Shown here piece by piece: positions 40,650 through 56,760 of a stretch of 64,000 nt of DNA; within the stretch, counting starts at the first letter, position 1, and every line of letters starts with the position of its first letter. A program made the translations under genes and the position numbers. This DNA is from Eledone cirrhosa. Lineage: Eukaryota. The DNA lies in NCBI GenBank assembly GCA_964016885.1, contig OZ024740.1, forward strand, positions 154,380,001 through 154,444,000, in the 5' to 3' direction. The notes below the pieces were generated by a model, which had not been told where the DNA came from, ran no database searches, and saw nothing but the letters and a program-made list of their open reading frames with translations.

Positions 40650-41640
40650 AAGGAAATCTGAAATAAATGACCTGACAATACAACCCTTCTGCATCAGATG
40701 AGAACTTTATGAATTGTGAACAATACGAGGATGCCAGATACGACAAACCACTTGAAAAGGATGAGTCAAGAAATAAATACTTTAAGAGAGGAATAAAAAT
40801 ATGACCGTCAAAGATAGCATTTCGTACATAACGCCTTTGCAGAACTTTCATGACTATTAGAGGTTATAACTCCCACGCAAAGTCATGGCCTGAAATCTGT
40901 AATGATGAAGAATGAATCTCGTATTTTAAGACTAAAACAACATTTGCAGAAAAAAAAAACAAGAAGTCGGCAGTTATGTTGCTGAAGTTAGAAAGGATAA
41001 TAATATTGCGATAGTCAGAAACGTTCAAAGACATGGAAGAAAACTCACACGAGCTTCTCTTTAAAAAAAAAATGATAAATCGTACTTGACACAACGAAAA
41101 ACAAAATAGGGAAGGTTACATTTAGATTTTATTTCTTATTTTATAATCATGGGTGAGGTTATGTGGAAGATACCTACCTTCAGAATTTGAAACGAAAATC
41201 TCAGATCATGGAAGGAATAAACAATACTAAAAGCTTGAGACAGAGTAACAGAAGATTTCTAATATCCCAATTTGAAGATTACCTCCATGCAATCCAGAAA
41301 CAAGAAATAGCCACCAAGAAATACGTAACTTTTGCATAAAGGTCAAGAACCATCAGCTGACAACCGATGTAGGTTATGCAAAACCAATACAGAACATATT
41401 AGTACCACCATTGCGATCTGCGAGAAAATGTACTCACGATACTACTTTCATGTGAGTCATTTGAGGAATCTGGAATTAGAAACGAAATTCAACAACCAAT
41501 AAAGACGAACACACACAGAGATCGGCAGATCAAAAGGATATTAGTTGAACGTAAAAGAGTAATAAAAAAAAAACCCCAGCAAACAAATTAAAGCGCAACT
41601 GATCTTGTTTGGAGAAACAAATGAAACAAATGATAAACAA
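40650..41640 (+). pseudogene. Highly decayed R4/Dong-like LINE remnant
   Basis: AIQKQEIATK and NRCRLCKTNTEHI resemble the corresponding region of 18400-18540. Confidence 0.5.
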
Positions 41641-41669
41641 GTTCAGCTGTTCCTTTGACGTCAATGTTG

Positions 41670-41850
41670 TTGTCGTTTAGCACCGAGTCAGCTTTGGTTG
41701 AACAAACCAGTGATCAAAGGCATTTCAGTGATACCTTCCCGTCTTCTTTTTTTTACATTTAAGTTGTACCCCGGAGTACAATATCAACTATGTCTTACTA
41801 GAAGCAATGATGTGATTTGAGGGAGATTTGGCTGCTATTTTAACCAGGCG
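41670..41850 (+). repeat. Interspersed repeat (other copies about 4930-5060, 9985-10140, 43380-43590)
   Basis: Shared TGATCAAAGGCATT and GTGATTTGAGGGAGATTTGGCTGCTATTT motifs. Confidence 0.55.
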
Positions 41851-42056
41851 CCAATGTCACTTAGTAAACATATAGGAGAAAGAAGATATTCATTGACCAC
41901 TGATGTGTACCCAAATTAAACTTACAGCATATACTTTCTTCATTAAGATATGTACCAATCCGCTTGAATGGAAATTCCGTAGCTCCATAATTCATAACAC
42001 TACCGATAACTATCATATCTGGAAGAGTAAAAATCTACAAAATTTAAATGATAAAT

Positions 42057-42275
42057 AATTGCTTCTACTTTAGGCACAAGGGCAACACCTTGAAGGGGAG
42101 GAGAAAGTCGATTAAATCGACCCCAGTACTCACTGATGCTTTATTTTATCGACCCATAAAGCTGAAAAGCAAAGCCAGCCTCGGCAAGATTCGAACTGAG
42201 AACGTAAAAAGCCCTAACTCTATGCTACGAAGTATATTGTCCGGCGCTCTACCGATACTACCAATCCACCTCCCT
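42057..42275 (-). mobile_element. tRNA-derived SINE
   Basis: Same family as 3983-4183. Confidence 0.8.
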
Positions 42276-42531
42276 AAATGATAAATAATAGAAAGGGATC
42301 ATGTGTGGAACATTAGATAATATACCATAAATCATATGGATTATCCAATTCTAGTCTTGCTTTAAAACCATTTAGGAGGAGCCGTATTGATATTACAGGG
42401 CTAGGGACTGTATCATCTCAGCAGTGACATTGGACATCATCCGTATCGATATTAATGATCCTCTAATATAAGTTCCGGATCGATAATTAAAGTACTAATC
42501 CTGTAATGAGATCGCATATTTCCTCTGTCTT

Positions 42532-42623
<92 letters not shown>

Positions 42624-43620
42624 TTTTCTCTTCCACTTTATTTCTATCTCTCTCTCTTTACACTTCCCCCTCTCCTTTGCTCTCTGGAAGAAATCGGCTG
42701 TAGTCAGACCTGACGAAGAATGGACCAGGTTTAGATGCCCAAAACACGCGATAGACTACGGCAGAACTCCAACAACTTCATTAAGAGATGAGGGCCCAAG
42801 ACAAGTCAAAACCAAGCAAGGTATTTTCAGAATATGTGTCGCTCAGATATAGCTAAGTGATTTTTGCAACTACGTGATTTCAGGTTCGTTCTACTGTGCG
42901 GCACTTTGGACAAATGGCTACTATCATAGCGTAGAGTAGAACATTAGAACATAGCCATGTGGGTAAATTTGGGATAGACGAAACCTGAGACGAAACATGA
43001 CAGGGAAACTGTTTCTGTTCTCGGGTGGTAAACTCAAGCAGTCGGCTGGCTTAACATCATCATTTGATTTAATCCGTCACTCGATTTAAAATCACTATCT
43101 GGTTTTTAGGTGGTAAGCTTTATACGTCACCTGTTTAACTTCACCACCTAGCCCTTGAATGCCTTTCGTGGAGTAAACTCATATTGCAAATAATCTTATC
43201 AGGCTCCCTCCGGTATCAGGATAACTTTCTCTGCTCCTCCCACTACGGAAGCCCCGGTAAAGGGCTGTGGGCGCTGCTCTTCTTCAAACTACACAATAAA
43301 AAAACAAACTATAAGTCTCTACAAAAGTCAGGGGTAATGTCCCATTTCACCTGACTAATGAATAATAAACGAGCTAATACGGAATCCTCTACATGGTCGG
43401 TCAACTTTCTAGAAAGTAGCAGCTAGATCTTCTTCATATAATACTTCGTTGTCTTCAAAAGGCAGGGCACATTGCATAATGTAGTGCAAGAAATACTATG
43501 CCTGTAAACAAAAAGCGTATCAGTCATGATTGGATTGCTTTTGATGATAAGTTTACTTGATCTCAACTAACTTAAGGCTAAACAACGGCTAATATACAAC
43601 AACAACAACAATAATGATGA

Positions 43621-43829
43621 GTTCTACTGTAGCCACAAGGCCAGCAATTTGGGGAGAGGGGAAAGTCGATTAAATCGGCCCCAGTGCATTACTGGTGCTT
43701 TATTTTGTCGACCTCATCGGGATAAAAGGCAAAGCTGACCTTGGCGGTATTTGAACTCAGAACGTAAAGGACCGTAACTCTATGCGGCAAAGCATAGCGC
43801 CCAACGCTGTACTGCCAATCCGCCGCCCT
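43621..43829 (-). mobile_element. tRNA-derived SINE
   Basis: Same family as 3983-4183. Confidence 0.8.
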
Positions 43830-43929
43830 AACAGTGATAATAATAGCCAAATGATATCAATATTCACACAGATGGGTCTTAGTCAACAACGGTACAGTTT
43901 AATACACGTAACGTATGTGCTCTCAGTCA

Positions 43930-44215
43930 AGCTACTTATTGACTGGATGGTATAAAAGTCACTTTGTATTTTAGATTTGACTGCTCACTATTTTTTTCTA
44001 GCTTCGGAGTTATCTTAAAGAAAGATTTTACGCACACAAACACCAAATACTTCAGAAAATGAAAAAGAATTTTCGACAAGAAATTAGATTGCTGGAGCCA
44101 GGTACATTACGAGCTGTCATGGAACACTGCCTAAAAAGGGTTCGACTCTACCAAGCTGAAAATGGAAGGCATTTACGGGTGTTATATTCCACAATTAGTT
44201 CGACGTTAATTCCAA
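43930..44215 (+). pseudogene. Tc1/mariner-superfamily transposase C-terminal remnant
   Basis: Degenerate DL...YFF..GYLKE and ENGRH motifs. Confidence 0.5.
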
Positions 44216-44267
44216 GGTCAAAAATAAAAATATTTAAAGGCAAAATGTTTATATATATATATATATA

Positions 44268-44450
44268 AATGGCTCCTACAGGACTAGAACTGTTTCATTC
44301 GAAGTAACTCACCAGGAAAGCTTTCCTGGTGATTTCCTTCGAATGAAGCACTTCTAGTCATGTAGAAGCCATTCCTATATTAAAAATGTATACTCTGATA
44401 TGTATTGAGTACCTTACTTACTGTGGTTACCCCCATCTGAACCCGGGATA
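44268..44450. mobile_element. Short fold-back insertion after (TA)n with degenerate HHR halves
   Basis: Inverted repeat centred on GGAAAGCTTTCC; CTGGTGA..GAAA. Confidence 0.55.
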
Positions 44451-44632
44451 CACACACACACATACACACACACACACACACACACATACACATGCACACA
44501 CACATATATACATATATTGTTATACTTTTGGAGGGTCATGCTGTCAATAAAAACAGACGCACGTTTTCAGATAAGAAATCTCGCAAAACAAATTCAAAAC
44601 CGAATTATTTATATATATATATAAAAAAAAAA

Positions 44633-45614
<982 letters not shown>

Positions 45615-45768
45615 AGAAGCCCGATGGAGTGCCCACTCTGTTTCGGTTAGCTCATGAATTGGCCAAAGTTTCTGTTTACAAACGAAAAAGTAAGCATACA
45701 TAGATTGTATATTTTATTAGATACTGAAGCTTTTTGAATCATTATTATTATTTCTATATTATTTCTAT

Positions 45769-46117
45769 GCTTTCCAGCATAGTTACGGCCCTTTATGTTC
45801 TGAGTTCAAATCCCGTCGAGGTTAACTTTGCCTTTCATCCTTACGGGGTCGATAAAACAAAGTACCAGTAATGGACTGGTGAATTGCTGGCCTTGTGCCA
45901 AATGTAGAAACAATTATTATTATTTCTATAAAGGGCGGTGAATTGACAGTATCGGTAGAGGGTCGGACGCCTTCCTTTCCAGCATAGTTACGTCCCTTTA
46001 CGGTCTGAGTTCAAATCCCGTCGAAGTTAACTTTGCCTTTTATCCTTACAGGGTCGATAAAATAAGGCACCAGTAATGTACTGTTTAATTTCTGGCCTTG
46101 TGCCAAAAGTAGAAACA
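45769..46117 (+). mobile_element. Two tandem tRNA-derived SINE copies (45769-45914, 45932-46117)
   Basis: GAGTTCAAATCCCGTCGA..GGTCGATAAAA..GGCCTTGTGCCAAA.GTAGAAACAAT. Confidence 0.85.
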
Positions 46118-46249
46118 ATATTATTATTTCTATTGTTTTTTCCTATTCCTTCAGTATTATTTCTGATATATGGCGAGTGTCTTCCTGACACCTTGGGCAA
46201 ATAAACACACCACATAATCTACAGCTTTAAAAATATATATATATATATT

Positions 46250-46495
46250 AATAAAAATAGGATTTCGCTTCAAGCATAGCTTTATACAAATATGTATAGA
46301 AATTTCATATTTCTAAAGAAACACGCTTTTAGGAAGCCGTAGCTATGCAAGCACCGGGGCTAATACCCTCTGGTGGTGTCCAGCAGAGGCAAGGGGGACA
46401 ACCGTCTATGCATTTAAGGCTTGACTGGCCTTAGCCCCTGTGCTTGCATAGCTACGGCTTCCTAAAACCGTGTGTCTTTAGAAACACGAAATGTA
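46250..46495. mobile_element. Fold-back insertion in (TA)n
   Basis: Inverted repeat about 46293-46353 / 46431-46493. Confidence 0.7.
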
Positions 46496-46515
46496 TATAT
46501 ATATATATATATATA

Positions 46516-46885
46516 AATGGAGTAGAATGAAACGAAATTTCATTTCTCACTCTTAGTACGGCACTTACTTAAATGTAAGTATGCATGTATGTATACGTAC
46601 ACACATATATGTATACAGACGTACAGTAGTATGTATATATATACATACATGCACACATATATACATACATGCACACAGTGTTGAACAAAAAGGTGACGTG
46701 GTTGCCTAAACACTGTATGGCGTAATTCGGACTATTTGTTTGTTTACAAACAAACAAACCGAGCATTATAATAAATGTTCGGTAAACCGATACGTGCATA
46801 TATATATGTGTGCATGTATGTATATATATACATACTACTGTACGTCTGTATACATATATGTATGTATGTATACATACATACTTAC

Positions 46886-46890
<5 letters not shown>
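46516..46890. mobile_element. Family C fold-back fragment
   Basis: Matches 54860-55010 and 55850-56110. Confidence 0.75.
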
Positions 46891-46934
<44 letters not shown>

Positions 46935-46937
46935 TAT

Positions 46938-47765
46938 TATATTTCGTTTCTGAATTTGTTTAGCAAGATTCTTTATCTGAAATTGTGTGTTGAAACCGAT
47001 ATTGTTATGCTTTGGGGAGGTCATGTTGCCAATAAGAAACAAACGCACCAATTGCTTTCACTTCAATTTATTATAAATTAAATTTATAAATTTAGGAATT
47101 TATAAATTTCCGGTTGGTTGGTTCCACAACCAGACGATTATTCATATATTGTCAAAGTTCTTTCGTCACTTATTAGCAATACATTAGCAATACATTAGCA
47201 ATACATTAGCAATACATACCCTTTAAGAAATGTATAATCTGTAAATGAAACCCCCATATTAATTGTAAAACTAGAAATGTAGTATATAGCATAAGATGCA
47301 CTGAAGGACAATGTAGAGATAAGAATATAGTGTACATAGGTGAGACAGCTCGTAGTATAGGGGAACGGATAAATGAACACTGGCGAGAGCTTCAAGATAG
47401 TAAAGAATCATCTGTACTCCACCAACATGCTAAAATAGAACATAAGGGTAAATTTCAGAACATAGAAATAAAAATAGAATCTACACACAGAAAAGACGCA
47501 ATGTTTAGACAAATCACAGAGGCAATAAACATAAATGAACTCCATCCAAAATTAAATAGAAAACATGAATGGAATAGCAACATCACAACTTACAATTAAG
47601 GACTAAATGAAAACACACACGCACATAGAAAAACCAACCAACCAGTAACATCTAAATAAACAAATAAATAAACAAATATAAACACACACAGACACCCGGA
47701 TGTAACACATGCGCAAACAAAGCACACAACACACACAAAAACAAGATGGTGTAGGACAGAACAAA
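46938..47765 (+). mobile_element. PLE family A: inverted 3' end plus GIY-YIG fragment (47330-47599)
   Basis: VYIGETARSIGERINEH..RQITEAI..LNRKHEWN. Confidence 0.9.
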
Positions 47766-47868
47766 TGTACGTAGCCGAATTTTCGGCTTTTGAAGCACTG
47801 AGAATATGGCAATATACTGTATGTTTAATTAAAAACATTTACAAGACCATTCGCTATGAGTTTTAAAG

Positions 47869-47934
<66 letters not shown>

Positions 47935-47971
47935 CTTTAAAACTCATAGCGAATGGTCTTGCAAATGTTTT

Positions 47972-49402
<1,431 letters not shown>

Positions 49403-49478
49403 GCATAAGTTATATCCAGCGCACCTTCAACCGTCAAGGTAGTTTTTCTACGGGTCAACATCTATAAAACATATTTTG

Positions 49479-49544
49479 TATTTTATCTGATGAAAGCGCA
49501 CCAAAATTGCCTTGGTTGCCCTTGAAATATATATAATAAAATAA
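49479..49544 (+). ncRNA. Hammerhead ribozyme (same family as 21175-21240)
   Basis: TATTTTAT-CTGATGA-AAG cgca CCAA..TTGG ttgc c CTT-GAAA-TATATA-TA-ATAAAATA. Confidence 0.8.
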
Positions 49545-49581
49545 TTATGGCTTTATAAATATAGTTCCCATTTATTAATAT

Positions 49582-49640
<59 letters not shown>

Positions 49641-49644
<4 letters not shown>

Positions 49645-50030
49645 ATAATAATAAATTTGAAGACTAAAATCCAAAGAGGGCTCGATAAGGATAAATATAT
49701 ATCAAATATATAAGAACCGTACAGCAAATATTTATTAAAATAACAGATTAAAGTTTAAGCAAAGAATCGCTGCTTTCACCCTAAACGGGATCTTCTGAAA
49801 CTAACAAAGTCAATCTGTAAACGCAGAAGTGGATATTTCAAAAAACGTTGCAACCGGATATTTTACGTCTTGATGTGGTAGCTTAGTATATGTTTTGTTT
49901 ATACCATTACTTATTTGCATAGCCAGGGAACGTTTCCACGAACCAAAGTATCGTCTTCCTGTCTTTCTCCGGTTGCAACGTTTTTTTTAAATATCCACTT
50001 CTGCGTTTACAGATTGACTTTGTTAGTTTG
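49641..50030. mobile_element. Family Y pLTR fold-back with HHR at about 49750-49802 (-)
   Basis: Matches 21301-21515; the inverted part matches 23925-24030. Confidence 0.8.
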
Positions 50031-50131
50031 ACTATGTATATTTTGTTTTGCTTATTATGATGAATCACTCTATTTTGACCTGTGTATAACATCTTCACCT
50101 ATTGTTATAACCTTTTGTATTATTTTTGTAA

Positions 50132-50426
<295 letters not shown>

Positions 50427-51010
50427 TAGAGAGAGAGGGGGGGGGGATAAACGATAGACTATATAAATGATAGAATAAACGAAGCCGGTATGGAAGGATA
50501 TTTAATGAAATGCGTAAAACAGGAAAAACGATAATGATTTCAAAGATGAATATTTAGAATATGAGTTTTTAAAAATTGGTAGTTTATTTTGACAACCCCG
50601 GAAGAATGATAGGGAGAACCGACCAACATTTAAACTAGAGGATCTATCGTGTGCTGTTAGGCAATTTGATGCTGCGATGATATGATGAGGGTGATGAATA
50701 TTTCAGTATTTCCGTTATTAGAAGTTAGCCATTTTATTTCGATTATCTATAACCAAATGTTCGCTATATTATGTGTACTGGTGGTAGAGATATATTTTGA
50801 TTTTCTTCCAGTTACTAAAAGCGATATTGTCAGATTTGGAGAGGTTTTCAAGCAAACTGGCTTCCAGTTGCAAAGTAAGGCTAAAATGCAGTGGGGCAGT
50901 GGGGCAGTGGGGAAGGAGATCATGTATATGTATATTCGGCTGTATTTGAACAACACTCGCGGGCGTATCTATGAATAGCTATTTAGGCATGTCAGACCGT
51001 TTCTCTCTCA

Positions 51011-51045
<35 letters not shown>

Positions 51046-52378
51046 CAGAGAGAGAGAGACAGAGAGAGAGGGAGAGAGAGATAGAGAGAGGGAGAGAGAG
51101 AGAGATAGGGAGAGAACGACAGAGAGAGAGAAAGAGAGAGAAAGAGAGAGAAAGAGAGAGAGAATTGGTTATTTGTAGTGATAAACATGAAAGTAATTAA
51201 ATAAATAAAAGTAAATATTAGTCTTTAATAACTAGTATCCGAACCCGGTATCCAAAGATGTAAAATATTTAAGCAAATCCGGACATAATATTATTATCTG
51301 TGATATAACTTTAAAAAAGGTTTCCAGATTTAAGCAGTCTCGGTAGTTGAGTGGTACAATCACTGGTTATATAATAGTATAACAGCTAATTTTAAGTGGT
51401 AAAGACGGTTCAGAGTTCAATCTCCTCGCGCCTGATAGAAGAATTCTCTTTTATTTTTTTTGCTTCTCGTTTTGCCAACTAGAACGTCCTTTTTCTTCGC
51501 TGGGCCGTGTCCCGCTCGCCTCAGCGTCGACTGTGTGTCTATGTGTATGAGTGTATGATATCTATGGGGCAGAATCTCTAAACGAGTGTGATAGTTTATT
51601 CTCTCTTTTGCTACCGTATTTCTAATTTGAAGGATTGTTGTAGTAATGTAATATAAATGAGAGAGTGTGAATTAGTGTTTAGTGTGTTTAGTTCATTATC
51701 ATTAGATTGTGAGTTTGACCTTGAGCAAGAGACTTTATTATATGTTGCTGTTGTCCACTCAGCTGGATTCCAATGGTCAGGCTTGTCACTCTGCCATGCT
51801 GAATCTCCTTGATTAAGGAGTTACACCACTCCTTAGAATGTCTAGCCAAACATATTAATTTCATAACCAGGCTGTTCCAAATAAATGGAACACTCATCAT
51901 CAGAGTAGACGAAGGTCATATAACAATAGTAATGTAATTAACTTTCTCGTTATTTATTTGGTATTTGGATCATAACATAACAAATGTTCTCATATGAAAT
52001 TATGATGGAAGATTTTTAGATAAATAAAAACACTTTAAAATAATGTTTTTGCATGATAGTACTTTAGAGGCCAATGCAAAAACTTTGTTTTCTAAACAAA
52101 TATCAAATGTCCTAGGGAATATATATATAATATATATAATAGTAATTAACGAAAGATATATACTTTATATCATCTCTATTTATTTCATTATATATATTTC
52201 AAAGATGCAAAGCTTTATGTATAGCATAAAGCAAAGCATGTTTTCCTCGGACAAAATATATAGAAATTGTATAATTTTTTTTTCCTGATATAGACAAACG
52301 TCAATACACTGCAAATGATGAGTGGTCAGTTCTAGCGTCAGTCCCAAAAGAAAATGACCGGACCTGTATATATCTGTG

Positions 52379-52447
<69 letters not shown>

Positions 52448-52469
52448 GTGTACGGATATATTATGTCAG

Positions 52470-53395
52470 CTCGCTCTTCATGTGAGGAGGGTGATTTTGG
52501 ACACCCTGCTGGATGCTAAACAAAATTCATCAAAGGGCAGAGGAACTCAGGAGTCTCAACGACCATCCAATAAAGTTTTTTGTGTGTGGAGAAAGAGACT
52601 CTTAGTCTTCATTAAGACATCTCTCTTGGAGAAGGTCATTCTGATATAAAATCTGTGACTTCGTTTGCATCCAAGGATGTAGACCAGTTCTTTTTGGGCA
52701 ATCGATGTTCAGAGAGGAGGATTGGCCCCGTGCAAAGCCTTTCTTCACTTAAAAGAGCTTCAAGAACAGGCGTCGCTTGATATGTGAAATTGTTTACGAT
52801 GCACGTTATTGCTGGCGATAGGCAAGTTCCTAGCAGGACTAAAAAGCCACGTGTATGTATGTATGCATGTAGGTCACTCTTGGGTGCTACTGGTAACATG
52901 TAGCCCAGTACCACCTGTCTTATGGTCGGGTCATCGGCGACTAAACCGGCAACACCACCAATCTTGCTTGGTGAGGAGGGTGATATTTGGACACCCTGCG
53001 AGATGAAATACAAGACCCGGCAAAGGGCGGAGGAACTCAGCAGAGTCAACCGACCATCCAAATAGTACTTTTTTTTTTGTAACCTAAATGAAAGACCCCC
53101 AGTTGTTGTCACCACACCTTTCTAGGAGAGGGAAACTCTGAAAAAAAAACTTGCGGCTTCAGAAGCATCCGATGGCGTTGACCAGTTCTCCTTTCGGGTA
53201 GTGTTTTCGATGCACAGAGAGTGGAATTGGTCGGGTGCAAGGCCTTTCCCCACTTGAAAAGAAACGTTCAAAGCACAGGTATTGCTTGTTCAGGATATGT
53301 TACAGGTTTATGCGGCTGGCCGTAGCCTAAAAGTGCACCAAACTATATAATCTACAAGCGATTGCAATACCCTTAGCAGAGTTTGCTGCCATCAT
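52470..53395 (+). mobile_element. Diverged family B (RTE-related) copies
   Basis: GGTGCTACTGGTAACATGTA..GGTCGGGTC..GGCGACTAAA, CTAGGAGAGGGAAACTCTGA, (TATG)n tail. Confidence 0.65.
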
Positions 53396-53818
53396 GTATG
53401 TCAGTACGTAAGTATGGGTGCATGTATGTATGTATGTATGTATGCATATATGTATGTATGTGAGTATGTATCTATGCATATATGTATATATGTATGTCTA
53501 CTCAACCACATATATACAAATGATAGCTGTCAACTCGTATGACCGCTTTTTGCATCACCCCCCCCCTCCCTAAAGAGACAGCGCCTCCCCATTATGGGCT
53601 AACAAGAGGACGAAAATACACCGATACGGCAATACCAAGACATCACCATGAAGGCAGAGACAACACTTTAGCATGGAACGCAACACCATTGGCACCCGAA
53701 TAATTATATCGATACATATATATATAACTTTACCTATAAAAACATGCATATGCATACATATATATATATATATACATATAGATACACACATACATACACA
53801 CACATGAATATATATATA

Positions 53819-54172
53819 CAGTGAAGTCCCGGTTATTCGCGGAATTTTCCTTACAACCTAACTAATTGTTCGTGGAAACCACCGCATATTCGCGGAGTCG
53901 TAAATATCTTCCACGATTTTTGATGGCTTTTTCCGTGGCAATATACCAGTAATGAACTGGGTATTTGCTGGCCTTGTGCCTAAAGTAGAAACAAATATAT
54001 ATATATATTTTAACACTAAATTACTAATAACAATATACCGTATTTGCCGGCCTATTGGACGCTCCTTCTTTTTTTATTATATTATACGTTATATTTTAAC
54101 GTTTATAAGCATTTTTATGGACTGCGTCCAATATTCGCGGTTTTTCGCGAATACCGGGGGGGGGGTCTACTG
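53819..54172. mobile_element. pogo/Tigger-like MITE with internal SINE fragment
   Basis: TA-CAGTGAAGTCCCGGTTATTCGCG ... CGCGAATACCGG..TCTACTG-TA terminal inverted repeats with TA duplication. Confidence 0.75.
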
Positions 54173-54364
54173 TATTTACATAAGTACAGTCATAGATATA
54201 GTTATGAACTATATCTCTTACTGTCAATGTCTATATATAGGCTTATTCATCAGTATTCTTTTTACCTTATACCAAACTTTTGTTTCTGCTATTATTTTTG
54301 TTCATCTTTACGTGTCTCCTTCCGTCTGTGAAAACAATCATTCGCATATTTCTATATACACACA

Positions 54365-54417
<53 letters not shown>

Positions 54418-54419
54418 CA

Positions 54420-54461
<42 letters not shown>

Positions 54462-54739
54462 GCATATTTTAATTTTTGTGTACATTTTCAAACAGCAGAC
54501 CGGCGTACATACATTATACGTATAGACATATATGCACATAAATATGTAGGTGTGGGTGTAATGTGGGGAAGAGTAGTTAGCTAAACTAAGTGAGGCAACT
54601 CATTAAAAGCAAGACTTGCACATATTGTGAAGGAATGTTTTCTCGTCGTTCCAGCAGTCAGCTGTCAAATGCTTATCGTTGCAAACCGACGACAGGACAG
54701 TCTACACACAAACACATGTCTATACCCTCTCTCTCTCTC

Positions 54740-54836
<97 letters not shown>

Positions 54837-55158
54837 TTGAAAAAAATGAAAACGAAAAACGAAATTTCATTTCTCACTCTTAGTATGGCACTTAAATGTA
54901 AGTATGTATGTATACGTACATACATATATGTATACAGACGTACAGTAGCATGCATATATATATATATATATATATATGTATACACATATATATATACATA
55001 CATACATGCAGGTACACATACATATATGCACGCATCAGTTTAGCAGACGCTTATTATAGCGCTTGCTTTGTTCGTTTGTCAACAAACTGAACAGCCTGAA
55101 TTTATGCCATACGGTGTTAAGGCAACCACGTCACCTTTTTGTTCAACACTGACACAGG

Positions 55159-55203
55159 AACGATGTACTAGTTTCAAGCTTGTTAGCTATCATCAGCACC
55201 GTT
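55159..55203 (-). ncRNA. Minimal hammerhead ribozyme (family C)
   Basis: AACGGTG-CTGATGA-tAGCT aaca AGCTt-GAAA-CTAG-TA-CATCGTT. Confidence 0.88.
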
Positions 55204-55654
55204 TACCCATCTGCCAGATAGTTGAACGTTCGAAAGTATATACTTTCCTTATGAAAATTAACGGCTGAGCAGCCTAATTTGCATATTGAGTGAGTTAAAT
55301 CGGTCAGGCATACCGAAAACGATAAGTTGAAAAAAATGAAAACGAAAAACGAAATTTCATTTCTCACTCTTAGTATGGCACTTACTTAAATGTAAGTATG
55401 TATGTATACGTACATACATATATGTATACAGACGTACAGTAGCATGCATATATATATATATATATATATATATGTATACACATATATATATACATACATA
55501 CATGCAGGTACACATACATATATGCACGCATCAGTTTAGCAGACGCTTATTATAGCGCTTGCTTTGTTCGTTTGTCAACAAACTGAACAGCCTGAATTTA
55601 TGCCATACGGTGTTAAGGCAACCACGTCACCTTTTTGTTCAACACTGACACAGG

Positions 55655-55699
55655 AACGATGTACTAGTTTCAAGCTTGTTAGCTATCATCAGCACCGTT
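55655..55699 (-). ncRNA. Minimal hammerhead ribozyme (family C, tandem copy)
   Basis: Identical motif 496 nt from the previous copy. Confidence 0.88.
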
Positions 55700-56018
55700 T
55701 ACCCATCTGCCAGATAGTTGAACGTTCGAAAGTATATACTTTCCTTATGAAAATTAACGGCTGAGCAGCCTAATTTGCATATTGAGTGAGTTAAATCGGT
55801 GAGTTAAATCAGTGAGTTAAATCAGTGAGTTAAATCGGTGAGTTAAATCAGTGTTGAACAAAAAGGTGACGTGATTGCCTTAACACCGTATGGCATAAAT
55901 TCAGGCTGTTCAGTTTGTTGACAAACGAACAAAGCAAGCGCTATAATAAGCGTCTGCTAAACTGATGCGTGCATATATGTATGTGTACCTGCATGTATGT
56001 ATGTATATATATATGTGT

Positions 56019-56055
<37 letters not shown>

Positions 56056-56296
56056 TGCTACTGTACGTCTGTATACATATATGTATGTACGTATACATAC
56101 ATACTTACATTTAAGTAAGTGCCATACTAAGAGTGAGAAATGAAATTTCGTTTTTCGTTTTCATTTTTTTCAACTTATCGTTTTCGGTATGCCTGACCGA
56201 TTTAACTCACTCAATATGCAAATTAGGCTGCTCAGCCGTTAATTTTCATAAGGAAAGTATATACTTTCGAACGTTCAACTATCTGGCAGATGGGTA

Positions 56297-56341
56297 AACG
56301 GTGCTGATGATAGCTAACAAGCTTGAAACTAGTACATCGTT
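56297..56341 (+). ncRNA. Minimal hammerhead ribozyme (family C, inverted copy)
   Basis: Identical motif on the plus strand. Confidence 0.88.
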
Positions 56342-56713
56342 CCTGTGTCAGTGTTGAACAAAAAGGTGACGTGGTTGCCTTAACACCGTATGGCATAAAT
56401 TCAGGCTGTTCAGTTTGTTGACAAACGAACAAAGCAAGCGCTATAATAAGCGTCTGCTAAACTGATGCGTGCATATATGTATGTGTACCTGCATGTATGT
56501 ATGTATATATATATGTGTATACATATATATATATATATATATATATATGCATGCTACTGTACGTCTGTATACATATATGTATGTACGTATACATACATAC
56601 TTACATATATATATATATATATATAATGAAAAATTGAACAGGGACAGAACAGAGAGGCAGTACAATAAATGTTTATTAAATTCACGCTCAGGAGAGTGGG
56701 GGGTAGGTGGGGG

Positions 56714-56745
56714 ACGACGTTTCGGGCATAAGCCCTTCTTCAGGT
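56714..56745 (-). ncRNA. Minimal Penelope-type hammerhead in a 120-nt TA-flanked insert (56627-56748)
   Basis: AC-CTGAAGA-aGGGC ttat GCCC-GAAA-CG-TC-GT, then AATAAA; the insert is truncated just 5' of the core. Confidence 0.8.
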
Positions 56746-56760
56746 GATATATATATATAT

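Larger units (their letters stand above)
54836..56606 (-). mobile_element. Family C non-coding HHR element: two 496-nt tandem units (-) plus about 1.5 inverted units (+)
   Basis: 54836-55325 is repeated at 55326-55798; inversion at about 55850; three HHRs; (TA)n flanks; no ORF. Confidence 0.9.
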
